64,000 nt of DNA from Candidatus Magasanikbacteria bacterium RIFCSPHIGHO2_01_FULL_41_23 (GCA_001782805.1 MFPT01000002.1:5401-69400); one strand, 5' to 3'; shown: positions 11,421 to 21,529, counted from the stretch's first letter. Numbers and translations: made by a program. The notes: generated from the letters alone by a model not told the origin.

Positions 11421-13127
11421 ATGATTGCGGACATTATTCCTTTTATCCGCTTGCCGCGTCAACTGGTTTTTTTTACGTATCATGTCCCTAACCATTTGGC
11501 TGTCCAAATAGCAATTGGGCAATATGTGAGTATTCCCTTTCGCTCGCAAAAAATTTTCGGATTGGTTGTAAATATTAATTCTCGCGAACAGAGCAGTCTG
11601 AAATCAGTGGATACAATAATTAATTCAATACCATTGGTCGGAGCTGACTATCTAACGCATTTAAAAAATTTGGCCTCTTTTTATGGAGTATCATTGTCAG
11701 TCGCCACCACATTGGCCTTGCCGCCGCTCCAATCACGAAAAATAATGGAAATGGAAATTGAACCATGGCAGGAAAAACATAGAGTTGCATCAGGGGAAAA
11801 ACCAATATATCATTGGTATAAAACGACAGCTGAACACAGTGCCGCATACGCGGAATATTCGAATGAAAAAGTAGTAATTATTGTTCCCGAAGTCGGACGC
11901 ATTCCGGAAGTGATGGCCGTTCTTTCTTCTGAACGTCAATCGCATGCATTAATTTGGTCAAGTGAGCTTAGTCAAAAAGAACAGCGCGAAATTTGGTTTA
12001 AAATTCGCAATCATGCGGCGCAAACTCTCGTGGCTACTCGCAGTGCGCTATGGCTTCCTCTTCAGCAGAGTTTTGATCGAATTATCGTGGATTACGAACA
12101 TTCGGAAAATCACAAGCAATGGGATCAAACTCCGCGCTATCACACCAAAGATTTGGCAAAATTATTCAGCCGAAATTTTGGCGTAGCTTACAGTGAAATG
12201 AGTTATTCGCCGAGCGTGACCAGTTTTTATTTTATTGGGAACGGCAATTATTCGTCAGTCAATTCAGCCGTACGGTATTTCGATTCACCGATTATCATTC
12301 AAGAAGCCTCAAATATCAAAAAACCGGAAAAATTATATACGTCGACAATGGCTCGTATTATGGAATCTCTGGTTCCGGGTACTGACGCGGTAATTCTTTA
12401 TAATTGCAAAGGCACAATATTCCCTGATACGGGCATTCCCGCAGTAGTGCGAGAAATAAAACAAAAAATTTTCGATCCGGCCGTTCATGTTATAACGGTA
12501 TCGGCCAAAACACCGCTCGAAAAAATCACTGAAAAAAATTCCACTGATACACGTTTGATTGTCAGTACGCATTCAATTCTCGGCATGCTGGATTGGAAAC
12601 GAGTTAGTATAATTATACTTCTTGATTATGATTCCCAATTACAGTTTGCCGAATACGCGGCCGAAGAAATGTTGTGGCATACTATTGCCGATATTTTATT
12701 TCATAAAAATTCCACGACGCCTTTTATTATTCAAACCAAACAATTGGAACATCGAATTTTTGCTTCGTTGAATCAGCCTAACGATTGGTATGCCGGCGAA
12801 ATTAAGGCGCGTGAATTATTGGACTATCCCCCGTTTTCTTATTTGCTACGTTATTTAATTTCCGGCAAAAGTGAAGATGAGTCCAAACAGCGAGCCAAAC
12901 AAACTCTGGCTTGTCTGGAACAACAATTGACGAAGACCAAAAAAAAGATTATAATCCAAGGCCAGATCCAGGCTGAACCACAGTGCGCTCGCGGATCATA
13001 TTGGGAAGTTATAATGCTAAAAATTTTGGAATCAGATATACTCTCAACAGTCCTCACCTTAAATTCTCTTATGCCGAATACGATTAAAATCGATCCACAT
13101 CCGATTTCACTTTTGAATCCACGCTAA
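11421..13127 (+). CDS. priA: Primosomal protein N' (PriA) homolog, degenerate (predicted ATPase-inactive)
   Basis: The N-terminus (IPFIRLPRQLVFFTYHVPNHL...VSIPFRSQKIFGLVV) and the segment RSALWLPLQQSFDRIIVDYEHSENHKQWDQTPRYHTKDLA are collinear with E. coli PriA ([38 protein letters not shown]). The Walker A motif GxGKT is replaced by YKTTAEHS, DEEH is replaced by DYEH, and there is no Cys4-Cys4 zinc region. The gene sits in the conserved priA-def-fmt arrangement. Confidence 0.7.
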   Translation: MIADIIPFIRLPRQLVFFTYHVPNHLAVQIAIGQYVSIPFRSQKIFGLVVNINSREQSSLKSVDTIINSIPLVGADYLTHLKNLASFYGVSLSVATTLALPPLQSRKIMEMEIEPWQEKHRVASGEKPIYHWYKTTAEHSAAYAEYSNEKVVIIVPEVGRIPEVMAVLSSERQSHALIWSSELSQKEQREIWFKIRNHAAQTLVATRSALWLPLQQSFDRIIVDYEHSENHKQWDQTPRYHTKDLAKLFSRNFGVAYSEMSYSPSVTSFYFIGNGNYSSVNSAVRYFDSPIIIQEASNIKKPEKLYTSTMARIMESLVPGTDAVILYNCKGTIFPDTGIPAVVREIKQKIFDPAVHVITVSAKTPLEKITEKNSTDTRLIVSTHSILGMLDWKRVSIIILLDYDSQLQFAEYAAEEMLWHTIADILFHKNSTTPFIIQTKQLEHRIFASLNQPNDWYAGEIKARELLDYPPFSYLLRYLISGKSEDESKQRAKQTLACLEQQLTKTKKKIIIQGQIQAEPQCARGSYWEVIMLKILESDILSTVLTLNSLMPNTIKIDPHPISLLNPR

Positions 13128-13128
13128 T

Positions 13129-13713
13129 ATGTCGGAACTTTCTTTGGTTATTCTGCCCGCGAAAACTTTGCGCGAACCTTCACGTGAGCTTATAAGAAAA
13201 GAAATCCTAGCGTCTGAAATGCAGCAATTTTTGTTTGCTATGGTGCCGACAATGTACCAAAATGATGGCATTGGCTTGGCCGCTCCGCAAGTGAATCGTA
13301 ATATCCGCGCTTGTATCATTGGAAAATCGGCGATTGATAGCCTAAAGCGTCCGGAAAAATCATCCGAAACGACAACCAAAAAAAAACAAAAAAAAGATTT
13401 AATTCTTATAAATCCGGTTTTTCAAAAAATAAGCAAAAAAATGACCGTGGATACCGAAGGTTGTTTATCAGTCCCCGGGTTTTATGGCACGGTCAAACGT
13501 TATCAGGAAATTTACGTGACTGCTTTGAATGAAAAAGCCGAGCCAATTGAATTCGCGGCCACTGGTTTTTTCGCGCGCGTTATCCAGCATGAAATTGATC
13601 ATTTGGCAGGCGGTTTATTTATTGATCGCGCCTATGATTTGTATCAAAACGAGCATGCCATAAAACTTGATCCTAAAATGGTTTTGCAAAATATAAAAGA
13701 AGCAAAAAATTGA
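13129..13713 (+). CDS. def: Peptide deformylase
   Basis: All three deformylase motifs are present: GIGLAAPQ, EGCLS and HEIDH. It carries a Lys-rich low-complexity insertion (SSETTTKKKQKKD). Confidence 0.9.
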   Translation: MSELSLVILPAKTLREPSRELIRKEILASEMQQFLFAMVPTMYQNDGIGLAAPQVNRNIRACIIGKSAIDSLKRPEKSSETTTKKKQKKDLILINPVFQKISKKMTVDTEGCLSVPGFYGTVKRYQEIYVTALNEKAEPIEFAATGFFARVIQHEIDHLAGGLFIDRAYDLYQNEHAIKLDPKMVLQNIKEAKN

Positions 13714-14651
13714 TTGCCATGAGTATTTCCACCACCTCAATTGTTTTTTTTGGAACGCAAGAATTTGCCAGAACCATTTTGGCCGGACTTTTGAGTAATA
13801 AAAAATTTTTAGTGCAAGCAGTAATTACTCAACCGGATCGGCCGGTTGGACGCAAACAAATAATGACGGCCTCACCGGTCAAAATTTTGGCGCTTGAATA
13901 CAACATCCCGGTATTCCAACCGGAGTCACTCAAGAATTTTGATTTTAAAAAAACGATTGACACTGTGCCTGACTTAAATGTAGTGGCTCAATATGGGTTA
14001 ATGATTCCGGAAGCAATCATTAACACGCCAAAATTTAAAACAATCAATGTCCATACTTCGCTTCTCCCTCAATATCGGGGCGCTTCTCCGATTCAATCCG
14101 TGCTTATTAACGGTGATACTGAAACAGGTATAACGATTATGCTCGTGGACGCGGGCATGGACACCGGGCCAATTTTGTCACAACAGGAAATTACGATTGA
14201 TCCGACAGACACCTATGAAACATTAGATAAAAAAATGGCAGTGGTTGGCAATGATTTATTGTTAATAACCATACCGAAATATTTGGACGGAGAGATCAAC
14301 CCACAGGCTCAGAATGATTCACTGGCCACGGTCTGTAAAAAACTGGATCGTGACACGGGCCGCGTTAATTGGGCCAATAGCGCGGCTGAAATTTACAATC
14401 TCTTTCGCGGTTTGTATCCGTGGCCCGGTATTTGGACAACCTGGAATAATCTGCGAGTAAAACTGTTGTCGGTTAAACCGAGCAATGAAGATCTTTCCCC
14501 CGGCCATTTAAAAATTAATAAAAAATCATTATTGGTCGGCTGCCAGCATTCATCGCTCGAAATTTTGGAAATTCAGATTGAAGGCAAAAACGCCCAATCA
14601 GCCGAATCATTTATTGCCGGCTATGCCCCCAACAATCAAAACTTTGTCTAG
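13710..14651 (+). CDS. fmt: Methionyl-tRNA formyltransferase
   Basis: N-terminal formyltransferase domain (IVFFGTQEFA), the SLLPQYRGASPIQ motif, and the C-terminal Fmt domain. Confidence 0.9.
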   Translation: MIAMSISTTSIVFFGTQEFARTILAGLLSNKKFLVQAVITQPDRPVGRKQIMTASPVKILALEYNIPVFQPESLKNFDFKKTIDTVPDLNVVAQYGLMIPEAIINTPKFKTINVHTSLLPQYRGASPIQSVLINGDTETGITIMLVDAGMDTGPILSQQEITIDPTDTYETLDKKMAVVGNDLLLITIPKYLDGEINPQAQNDSLATVCKKLDRDTGRVNWANSAAEIYNLFRGLYPWPGIWTTWNNLRVKLLSVKPSNEDLSPGHLKINKKSLLVGCQHSSLEILEIQIEGKNAQSAESFIAGYAPNNQNFV

Positions 14652-16053
14652 ACCGGTTTGGCTTCTGACGCTCGCGTACACTTTCATCCGTGTTTTGTCT
14701 TTTGCCACTTATACATACCCGGTGGCCAATGAAATTATCGCCGGTGTTTTGGTGGGCGTGTTCGTATATATTTGTTTTAAACATCCTAAACTCGGCTGGC
14801 TCATTCTGGTTAGCGAATTAGTACTTGACGGTGTCGGACATTTCTTTGAATTACAAAATCTATTATTGCGTACATGGTTTTTGGGAACATTTGGTTTGAT
14901 TTGGCTCGTGACAAAAATTAGACAAAAAGATTTTAAAATTGAATTACCCCGCCCGATTATTTTCAGTCTGATTGGATTGATGGTGGTTATTGGTTGGTCA
15001 ATCATCAGTGGATTTCTATCCCAACATACCACCATACCTATTCTTCAGGACGCCATTCTTTTTTGTTTTCTTTTTTTGTTGTTTCCGGCTTGGGAATTTG
15101 CGCGTGATACGGAAAAACTACTTATCCCTTCTCTAAAAGCCTGGATTATTGGTTCAACCGCTTTTTCCGCCATTACTTTTTTTATTTATTCCAGTGGCCT
15201 TGGCCATCTGCCCGACACGTATTATCATTGGTTCAGAAACATCGCGGCCGGAAAAATTACTGATCTAGGCAACCATTTTTTCCGCATTGTACTTCCTGAA
15301 CATCTTTTTATCGTGCCAATAATTTTGGTGATCGCGGCGTATCTTATTCAGCAACCCATCCCGACAGGTCGGGATAAAAAACTGTGGGGACTTTTTATTT
15401 GTTGTCTGTTCATTCTCACGCTCAATTTTTCCCGAATTTATTGGCTGGCACTCGCGGTGGGATTACTCGTTCTCGCGATTAAACATTCTCTTAAACATTG
15501 GCTTACAATTTTGGCCATTACTTTCACTTCTGTTGTAATTATTTTTTCCTCCACCCATTTCCTTGCCAGCCACGGTGAATCATTCGGTTTTGAGCTTTTG
15601 GGGCTAAAAATTAGCACCGCTACTGCGCCGCAAACCGACACAAGTGGCGCGATTCGCTTGGCAATGTTGCCCGATATTTTTCATCAATTAAAAACAAGCC
15701 CTTGGTTTGGTTCTGGCCTCGGCGCGACCGTTACCTATACTGACCCTACCACGCACCAGCCAGTGACGCGTACGCAATTTGACTGGGGATATTTTGAGAT
15801 GCTGGCGGAGTTGGGTGTTGTCGGCACAATTATCTTTTTTTGTTTTTTCTTCACCGTTTTATATTACCTTACCCGTTTTGCCTATTTCTCCACAAATATA
15901 GATCCAGTCCTAACTCGCGGACTTTTGGCCGGTGCTACAGCACTGTTGGTGATTAATATCACCACGCCAGCCTTGTTTCATGGTTTTGGGATGCTCTATA
16001 TCGTGGCGTTACTAGTTGTGATAAACCGAAACAGAAGCGGTGAAAAAAAATAA
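14623..16053 (+). CDS. Polytopic membrane protein, O-antigen ligase / Wzy-like
   Basis: At least 10 TM helices, with a large loop following FSRIYWLALAVGLLVLAI typical of the Wzy_C/O-antigen-ligase family. The start is uncertain: the ORF overlaps the fmt 3' end. Confidence 0.45.
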   Translation: MPPTIKTLSRPVWLLTLAYTFIRVLSFATYTYPVANEIIAGVLVGVFVYICFKHPKLGWLILVSELVLDGVGHFFELQNLLLRTWFLGTFGLIWLVTKIRQKDFKIELPRPIIFSLIGLMVVIGWSIISGFLSQHTTIPILQDAILFCFLFLLFPAWEFARDTEKLLIPSLKAWIIGSTAFSAITFFIYSSGLGHLPDTYYHWFRNIAAGKITDLGNHFFRIVLPEHLFIVPIILVIAAYLIQQPIPTGRDKKLWGLFICCLFILTLNFSRIYWLALAVGLLVLAIKHSLKHWLTILAITFTSVVIIFSSTHFLASHGESFGFELLGLKISTATAPQTDTSGAIRLAMLPDIFHQLKTSPWFGSGLGATVTYTDPTTHQPVTRTQFDWGYFEMLAELGVVGTIIFFCFFFTVLYYLTRFAYFSTNIDPVLTRGLLAGATALLVINITTPALFHGFGMLYIVALLVVINRNRSGEKK

Positions 16054-16068
16054 GCTACCGCTCTCCTC

Positions 16069-16767
16069 TTACCATTTTACTAAATTATGTTTCCTGCCTA
16101 TGATCTTTTTTGAATCTTCGTATTTTTTTACTTTTGAACGAATCAAAGGCAACCACTTCCACGGCGCTTGGTAACAAAATGACGGTAACCACGAGCTGAT
16201 GGTACCTTTTAGGTCAATCACCTTAAATAAATACTCCGGCACGTACACGCCGGTTTTATTTTTTTCTAGCATAGTGAGCCACAAATCCCAATCTTGAAAT
16301 CTTTTGAGTGACTCATCAAATCCAGAGAAATCGGCCCGGCGAATGAGTGTGGTAATGGTAACAAAATTATTTTTTTTCAAGGCATCCGCATCAAACTCCC
16401 GCGCGGGCATTTTTTTATTACCAAAATAAAAATCACTGTACACATAACTGGCTGACGGACTATTGTGCAAAGTCAATACCATTTTTTCGAGAGCATCGGA
16501 CTCAGCAATCGTGTCCGCATCCCAAAAAATGACGAACTCTCCTTTTGATTTGAAAAAACCAAAATTGCGAGCACTCGGCGCGCCTTTATTGTCTTGCCTA
16601 AATAATTGTACCCCAGGTTTATTTGTACTAATAGCCGGATTACTACCATCGTCAACAACAATGATTTCGGTATTTTTATAGGTTTGACTGAGAGCCGAAG
16701 CCAAAGAACGCTCAAAAATTTCTGGACGATTAAAAACCGGGATAATAATACTGACTAAAGGTTGCAT
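16069..16767 (-). CDS. Family 2 glycosyltransferase
   Basis: VSIIIPVFNRPEIFERSLASALSQTYKNTEIIVVDDGS is the GT-A/GT2 signature with a DxD motif. Confidence 0.8.
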   Translation of the reverse strand: MQPLVSIIIPVFNRPEIFERSLASALSQTYKNTEIIVVDDGSNPAISTNKPGVQLFRQDNKGAPSARNFGFFKSKGEFVIFWDADTIAESDALEKMVLTLHNSPSASYVYSDFYFGNKKMPAREFDADALKKNNFVTITTLIRRADFSGFDESLKRFQDWDLWLTMLEKNKTGVYVPEYLFKVIDLKGTISSWLPSFCYQAPWKWLPLIRSKVKKYEDSKKIIGRKHNLVKW

Positions 16768-18110
16768 AATTCTTCTCGCACAATTTTCCGATCATCCCAC
16801 GGAATTTTTTTGCCATCGGCCACACACATTGCCTGTTCACTCCCCTTCCCTGTAACCAAAACCAAATCACCAACATCGGCAATGTGCAACGCGCGACGAA
16901 TGGCTTCGCGCCGCTCAGGAATAATAAATAAATTTGTTCCGTCTCGTCCCTGTTTGTCGTGAGCTTGTCCCGCAGTGAGCTTGTCGAACTGACGAACCGC
17001 GCTTGCTACATCTTCCATAATTTTCCTTGGGTCATCGTCATACGGATCTTCATCGGTCACTATACATACATCGGCTCTCTGACCAATAAATTCCCCGACG
17101 GTAAAACGACGCGATACATCACGTCCACCACCGGTTGAGCCAAACACATGAATAGTTCGTCTTGGTTTCAGCAAATCAACCACCGAATACAATCCCGCCA
17201 TAGCCTTTGGTTCAAACGCATAATCCACAATCACTTTAAAACCAAATTTTTCCGCTTCTGGAATAAATTCATTTCGTCCGGGCGCGTTTTTAAATTGAAG
17301 CACGGCTTTTTGAATTATCGGCCATTCAATTCCAAATTGTCGGGCAACCGCGATCGCAGTCAAAATATTCTTGGCATTATGCGCGCCGTAAATTTCCGGA
17401 TCAAAGCGATGCTCACCAACTTTAAAATGTAACCCGTATTCATTGCTTTCCACCGGACCTAAAATAAATTGTTCGTTAAATTTAACAATGGTTTTTTGTT
17501 GACCAAAAATAACTTTCTTTGGCCAATTACCCGCGCCTAAAAATTCTTCTGTCTCAACGATATCACTATTAACAAACGCGGTTTTTATTATTTCTTTATT
17601 TTTAAGAATTTTATTTTTTCTACTTCCCGCGCGTCGAAAGATATTTAGTTTTGCTTGTTTGTAATGCGCAAAACTGCCATGCGACTCAATATGTTCCGGA
17701 TATAAATTCGTGAGAATCATAAAATCATACGCAATATACCGGTCACGATACTGCAACTGACCTTCGGACGTTGTTTCCACGATCGCCACCTCACACCCCT
17801 TATCCACCATCTCGGCCAAATATTCCTGCGTTTTCATTTTCCCGAGCATCGTCATTTTTTGATCGTTCAATTTATTGGCACCATTAATGTAAAAATCAAT
17901 CGTGGAGAGTGAACCAACTTTATAACCGGCAAATTCCAACATTTGACGCAAAAAAAACACGCTGGTGGATTTGCCACTTGTTCCTGTAACTCCAATCACC
18001 AACAATTTTTTAGATGGCTGGCGATATTTAATTGCTCCGTACCAAGCATACCAAAGATGGCGCAGATTACGAATTTTTTTTGGAATTAATTTTTTAATTA
18101 ACATAATCAA
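16755..18110 (-). CDS. Mur ligase family protein with a short N-terminus (MurT/CapB-like)
   Basis: P-loop VIGVTGTSGKSTS near the N-terminus, plus Mur-ligase middle-domain motifs. No N-terminal Mur-ligase catalytic domain is apparent. Confidence 0.55.
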   Translation of the reverse strand: MIMLIKKLIPKKIRNLRHLWYAWYGAIKYRQPSKKLLVIGVTGTSGKSTSVFFLRQMLEFAGYKVGSLSTIDFYINGANKLNDQKMTMLGKMKTQEYLAEMVDKGCEVAIVETTSEGQLQYRDRYIAYDFMILTNLYPEHIESHGSFAHYKQAKLNIFRRAGSRKNKILKNKEIIKTAFVNSDIVETEEFLGAGNWPKKVIFGQQKTIVKFNEQFILGPVESNEYGLHFKVGEHRFDPEIYGAHNAKNILTAIAVARQFGIEWPIIQKAVLQFKNAPGRNEFIPEAEKFGFKVIVDYAFEPKAMAGLYSVVDLLKPRRTIHVFGSTGGGRDVSRRFTVGEFIGQRADVCIVTDEDPYDDDPRKIMEDVASAVRQFDKLTAGQAHDKQGRDGTNLFIIPERREAIRRALHIADVGDLVLVTGKGSEQAMCVADGKKIPWDDRKIVREELCNL

Positions 18111-18123
18111 TGAACCAATCTAC

Positions 18124-18702
18124 TTATTGACGCAAGGAAACTTCATATACAACTTGCTCCAACTTCTGTCCGGCTTGCTTTGCCTGATCAAATTTCGTTC
18201 GCAAATAACTGGTCAAATCAAATTCAATCAATGATCCGATAATTTCTTCAGCGGCCGCGGCGCATTCAGCCACGGTTTTAAAATTTCGTTTTGTGGCCGC
18301 TTTAAGAGCATACCGATATAATTCACCTGGTACATCACATAAACCCGCTATAAAAGAGTTATCGCTCATTTTAATTTTACTGACAAAAATGATTTTTCGT
18401 TTCGTTACAAATGAAAAAAATAAACAGGCCTCCACGTATTCTTCAAGAGCGGCTTCATACGCGCCTTCAGACAAAAGCGCGGGATTTTTTTTATGTTTAA
18501 AATTAATTTCTCCGAATATCTTTTCTACAACCGCTAATTTTTCATTAGCCTCTTCCATGTTGTCCCGCTGTAAGGCAAAAATGCAACGCTTGGCACTATG
18601 CAGAGCGTCACCGGCCAACTTGATAACATCCCGTCTATCCTCGCTATAGACATTTAAATTATTTTTAATGTTAGTCATCTTAGACTGGTCAAGATAAGTC
18701 AT
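18124..18702 (-). CDS. Hypothetical protein (192 aa, predicted alpha-helical)
   Basis: Complete ORF overlapping the start of the P-type ATPase gene by 14 nt. No motif was recognised. Confidence 0.45.
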   Translation of the reverse strand: MTYLDQSKMTNIKNNLNVYSEDRRDVIKLAGDALHSAKRCIFALQRDNMEEANEKLAVVEKIFGEINFKHKKNPALLSEGAYEAALEEYVEACLFFSFVTKRKIIFVSKIKMSDNSFIAGLCDVPGELYRYALKAATKRNFKTVAECAAAAEEIIGSLIEFDLTSYLRTKFDQAKQAGQKLEQVVYEVSLRQ

Positions 18703-21370
18703 AATACGGTTTAAAAATAAAGCCTTTAACTAATTCTATACAAATAAAGGTAATAACGCAAAATCCGGCCACAATCATCAATTCCAGTCCGGATAGCGCC
18801 ACCGTGCCCAATATTTTTTGTAATCCGGGCAAATATACGGAAGCAAGCATTAAACCAAATGAAAAGAGCACGGCGCAATTCAAGAAAAAATTATTCGTGA
18901 GTGAACGCCAAAAAAATGGCTTTCCCAAAAGACGAACCGAGTAAATGGCAGGCAACAACGCCAAACCAAAACCGGCAAAGACCAGACTGCGTGCACCCAT
19001 TTCATCGGCAATTAATGCACGAGCCAAAAAATATAAGCCCACCAACAAACCGGCGGTCACTCCCATCACACCAATCATAAACTGCAGTTCAATTTTCCCA
19101 ATTAAAGCCGATCCGTGGCCGCGCGGAGGCCGATTCATAATCTGAGGATCAGGTCGGTCAAAAGCCAGGGCAATTGATGGAAGAGAATCCTGTACCAGAT
19201 TTAACCATAAAATTTGGGCGGGCAAAAGAGCCAATGGCAAACCAACCAACATGCTGATAAGAATCAAGGAAACTTCACATAAACTAAAAGCCAGCAAAAA
19301 AATAACGACTTTTTGGATATTGGCGTACATAGCACGGCCTTCTTCAACGGCCATAATGATGGTTTCAAAACGATTATCGAGTAAAACAAGATCAGCAATT
19401 TCGCGCGCAATATCAGTGCCGCCTCCCATAGCCACACCAATATCCGCGCCTTTCAAGGCCGGACTATCATTGACTCCGTCTCCAGTCATAGCCACAACCT
19501 CACCTTGCGCTTTGAGCGCTGTGACAATTTTTATTTTATCCTCGGGATTAACACGCGAAAAAATAGATACAGTCTTTAGTATATTATCCAGTTCAGCTGA
19601 AGAAAATAAATTTAATTCTTCGCCATTAACAACTCTGTCTTCTGGTTTAGCAATTCCCAACTCAATCCCAATGGCACGCGCGGTCGCAGCTTGATCACCC
19701 GTAATCATAATAACGCGAATGCCTGCGGCCTGAGCTCGTATAATAGTATCTTTTACTGTTTTTCTAACCGGATCAACAATTCCGACCAAGCCCACTAAGA
19801 CTAAATCATGAATTCCATCAGCAGAAATTTTTTGCTCTTCTGATTTGGCCGGACGATAGCAGATCGCTAAAATTCGCAATCCATTTTGGGAAAAATCAGC
19901 ATTAACTTTTTCAAAATAATCCAGGCATTTTTTGGTTATTTTTTTTACTGATCCGTTCATCTCAACCGCACAGATATGCGGACGCAAAACATCAAGAGCA
20001 CCTTTGACATACACTAACCGTTCGACTTCACCCTGATTCAGTACAGCCATGTATTTTCGTCGACTGTCAAACGGTAATTCGGACAAACGAGGTAAGGCAA
20101 TGTCTAAAACTGTTTTCTTTATATTGGCCAGTGCTCCGGCCTCCACGAGAGCAATTTCTGTTCCATCACCTTCATAATAAGATCCATTCATTGGCTGGGA
20201 CAGACTACGAACATTATTGCATAATACCCCGGCCTTCAGCATGAGCAGTGCAGTCTGATGTGCCGAGTTAGCCACAGACAATGTGCTTAAATCATCGCGG
20301 AAAAAATTTTTTTCCACAGTCGCCAGTTTGGACACGGACATTTTTCCTTCAGTCAAAGTACCGGTTTTGTCAGTACAAATCACTGTTACCGAACCCAAAG
20401 TTTCCGCCGCTACCATTTTTCTAACCAAGGCTTGTCGTCGCAACAAAAATTGCATGCCGATCGCCAAAATAATAGTCAATGTAATTGCCAATCCTTCCGG
20501 AATAGCGGCGACAGCCAAAGAAACCGCAGTCTGAAACAATACTAAAAAAGAATAATTACCGCGCAAAAATCCAATTAAAAAAACAATCAGAACAACGACC
20601 AAAACAATTCGGCCAATAAAGGCACTGAGTTTCACCAACTCAATTTGGAGTGGAGTTTTGCTTTCTACTGTATGCTCAACCAAACCACTAATTCGTCCGA
20701 CTTCGGTATTTTTTCCCACTGCCACCACGACTGCCTTACCTCGTCCACCAACAACTTGAGTGCCCTGAAAAACCATATTACTTCGGTTTGCCAAAGGCGC
20801 ATTGGCCGACAATTTGCGTATGTTTTTCAAAACCGAATTTGATTCTCCGGTTAAAGCCGCTTCATTAAGCGCTAATTCCAACTCTTCAATTATACGAGCA
20901 TCAGCCGGAACATTATCCCCCGCTTCCAAAAAAATAATATCCCCCAATGTTATTTCGGTACTTGGTATTACCACTAATTTTCCCGATCGCATAACACGCG
21001 CGGAAAAAGTCACCATCCGTGCCAATTTTTTAACTGCCTGATTTGCCTTACTTTCCTGAAAAAATCCCACCGTAACATTTACCAACACTGTCAGCCCAAT
21101 AATAAGCGCATCCACTACATCAGCCAACCATGCACTCACTATTCCAGCCACCACAAGCACAATAATCAATGAACTTTTCCATTGATTTAAAAAAATCGAC
21201 AGTTGAGAATCCAGCCGCGCATCCACGGGCAAACGATTTTCTCCATAGTGTATAATTCTTTGCTTCGCCTCTTCAATAGTCAAACCTGATTCTGACGACT
21301 GCACTTCTTTTAGAACTTCACTTATACTTTGAGTACAAAAATCCATATTTATGCACGAAATTATTGACAA
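18689..21370 (-). CDS. P-type cation-transporting ATPase (P2-type, Ca2+/Mg2+-like)
   Basis: DKTGTLT phosphorylation motif (ICTDKTGTLTEG), TGES-like actuator region, MITGDQ, and the VAMTGDGVNDSPALKGADIGVAMG hinge. The N-terminus is a cation ATPase N-domain (LTIEEAKQRIIHYGENRL). The protein has 10 TM segments. Confidence 0.9.
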   Translation of the reverse strand: MSIISCINMDFCTQSISEVLKEVQSSESGLTIEEAKQRIIHYGENRLPVDARLDSQLSIFLNQWKSSLIIVLVVAGIVSAWLADVVDALIIGLTVLVNVTVGFFQESKANQAVKKLARMVTFSARVMRSGKLVVIPSTEITLGDIIFLEAGDNVPADARIIEELELALNEAALTGESNSVLKNIRKLSANAPLANRSNMVFQGTQVVGGRGKAVVVAVGKNTEVGRISGLVEHTVESKTPLQIELVKLSAFIGRIVLVVVLIVFLIGFLRGNYSFLVLFQTAVSLAVAAIPEGLAITLTIILAIGMQFLLRRQALVRKMVAAETLGSVTVICTDKTGTLTEGKMSVSKLATVEKNFFRDDLSTLSVANSAHQTALLMLKAGVLCNNVRSLSQPMNGSYYEGDGTEIALVEAGALANIKKTVLDIALPRLSELPFDSRRKYMAVLNQGEVERLVYVKGALDVLRPHICAVEMNGSVKKITKKCLDYFEKVNADFSQNGLRILAICYRPAKSEEQKISADGIHDLVLVGLVGIVDPVRKTVKDTIIRAQAAGIRVIMITGDQAATARAIGIELGIAKPEDRVVNGEELNLFSSAELDNILKTVSIFSRVNPEDKIKIVTALKAQGEVVAMTGDGVNDSPALKGADIGVAMGGGTDIAREIADLVLLDNRFETIIMAVEEGRAMYANIQKVVIFLLAFSLCEVSLILISMLVGLPLALLPAQILWLNLVQDSLPSIALAFDRPDPQIMNRPPRGHGSALIGKIELQFMIGVMGVTAGLLVGLYFLARALIADEMGARSLVFAGFGLALLPAIYSVRLLGKPFFWRSLTNNFFLNCAVLFSFGLMLASVYLPGLQKILGTVALSGLELMIVAGFCVITFICIELVKGFIFKPYYDLS

Positions 21371-21406
21371 CCTATTTTTAGTAGTATATCATAATGGCAC
21401 AAATAT

Positions 21407-21482
21407 GACCCGGTAGCTCAGTTGGTAGAGCAGTAGCCTTTTAAGCTAATGGTCGTGGGTTCAATCCCCACCCGGGTCACCA
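21407..21482 (+). tRNA. tRNA-Lys (anticodon TTT), CCA encoded
   Basis: Cloverleaf folded by hand: acceptor gacccgg/ccgggtc, D-arm gctc-agttggtag-agc, anticodon stem gtagc/gctaa with loop cTTTTaa, T-arm cgtgg-gttcaatc-cccac, ending with cacca. Confidence 0.85.
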
Positions 21483-21485
21483 ATA

Positions 21486-21520
21486 AAAAAATCCCTCTAA
21501 TTTTAAGAGGGATTTTTTTA
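21486..21520. terminator. Rho-independent terminator (bidirectional hairpin)
   Basis: aaatccctct-aatttt-aagagggattttttt, with A-run and T-run flanks. It lies between tRNA-Lys and the 3' end of the convergent dsbA-like gene. Confidence 0.65.
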
Positions 21521-21529
21521 TTAAATTAC

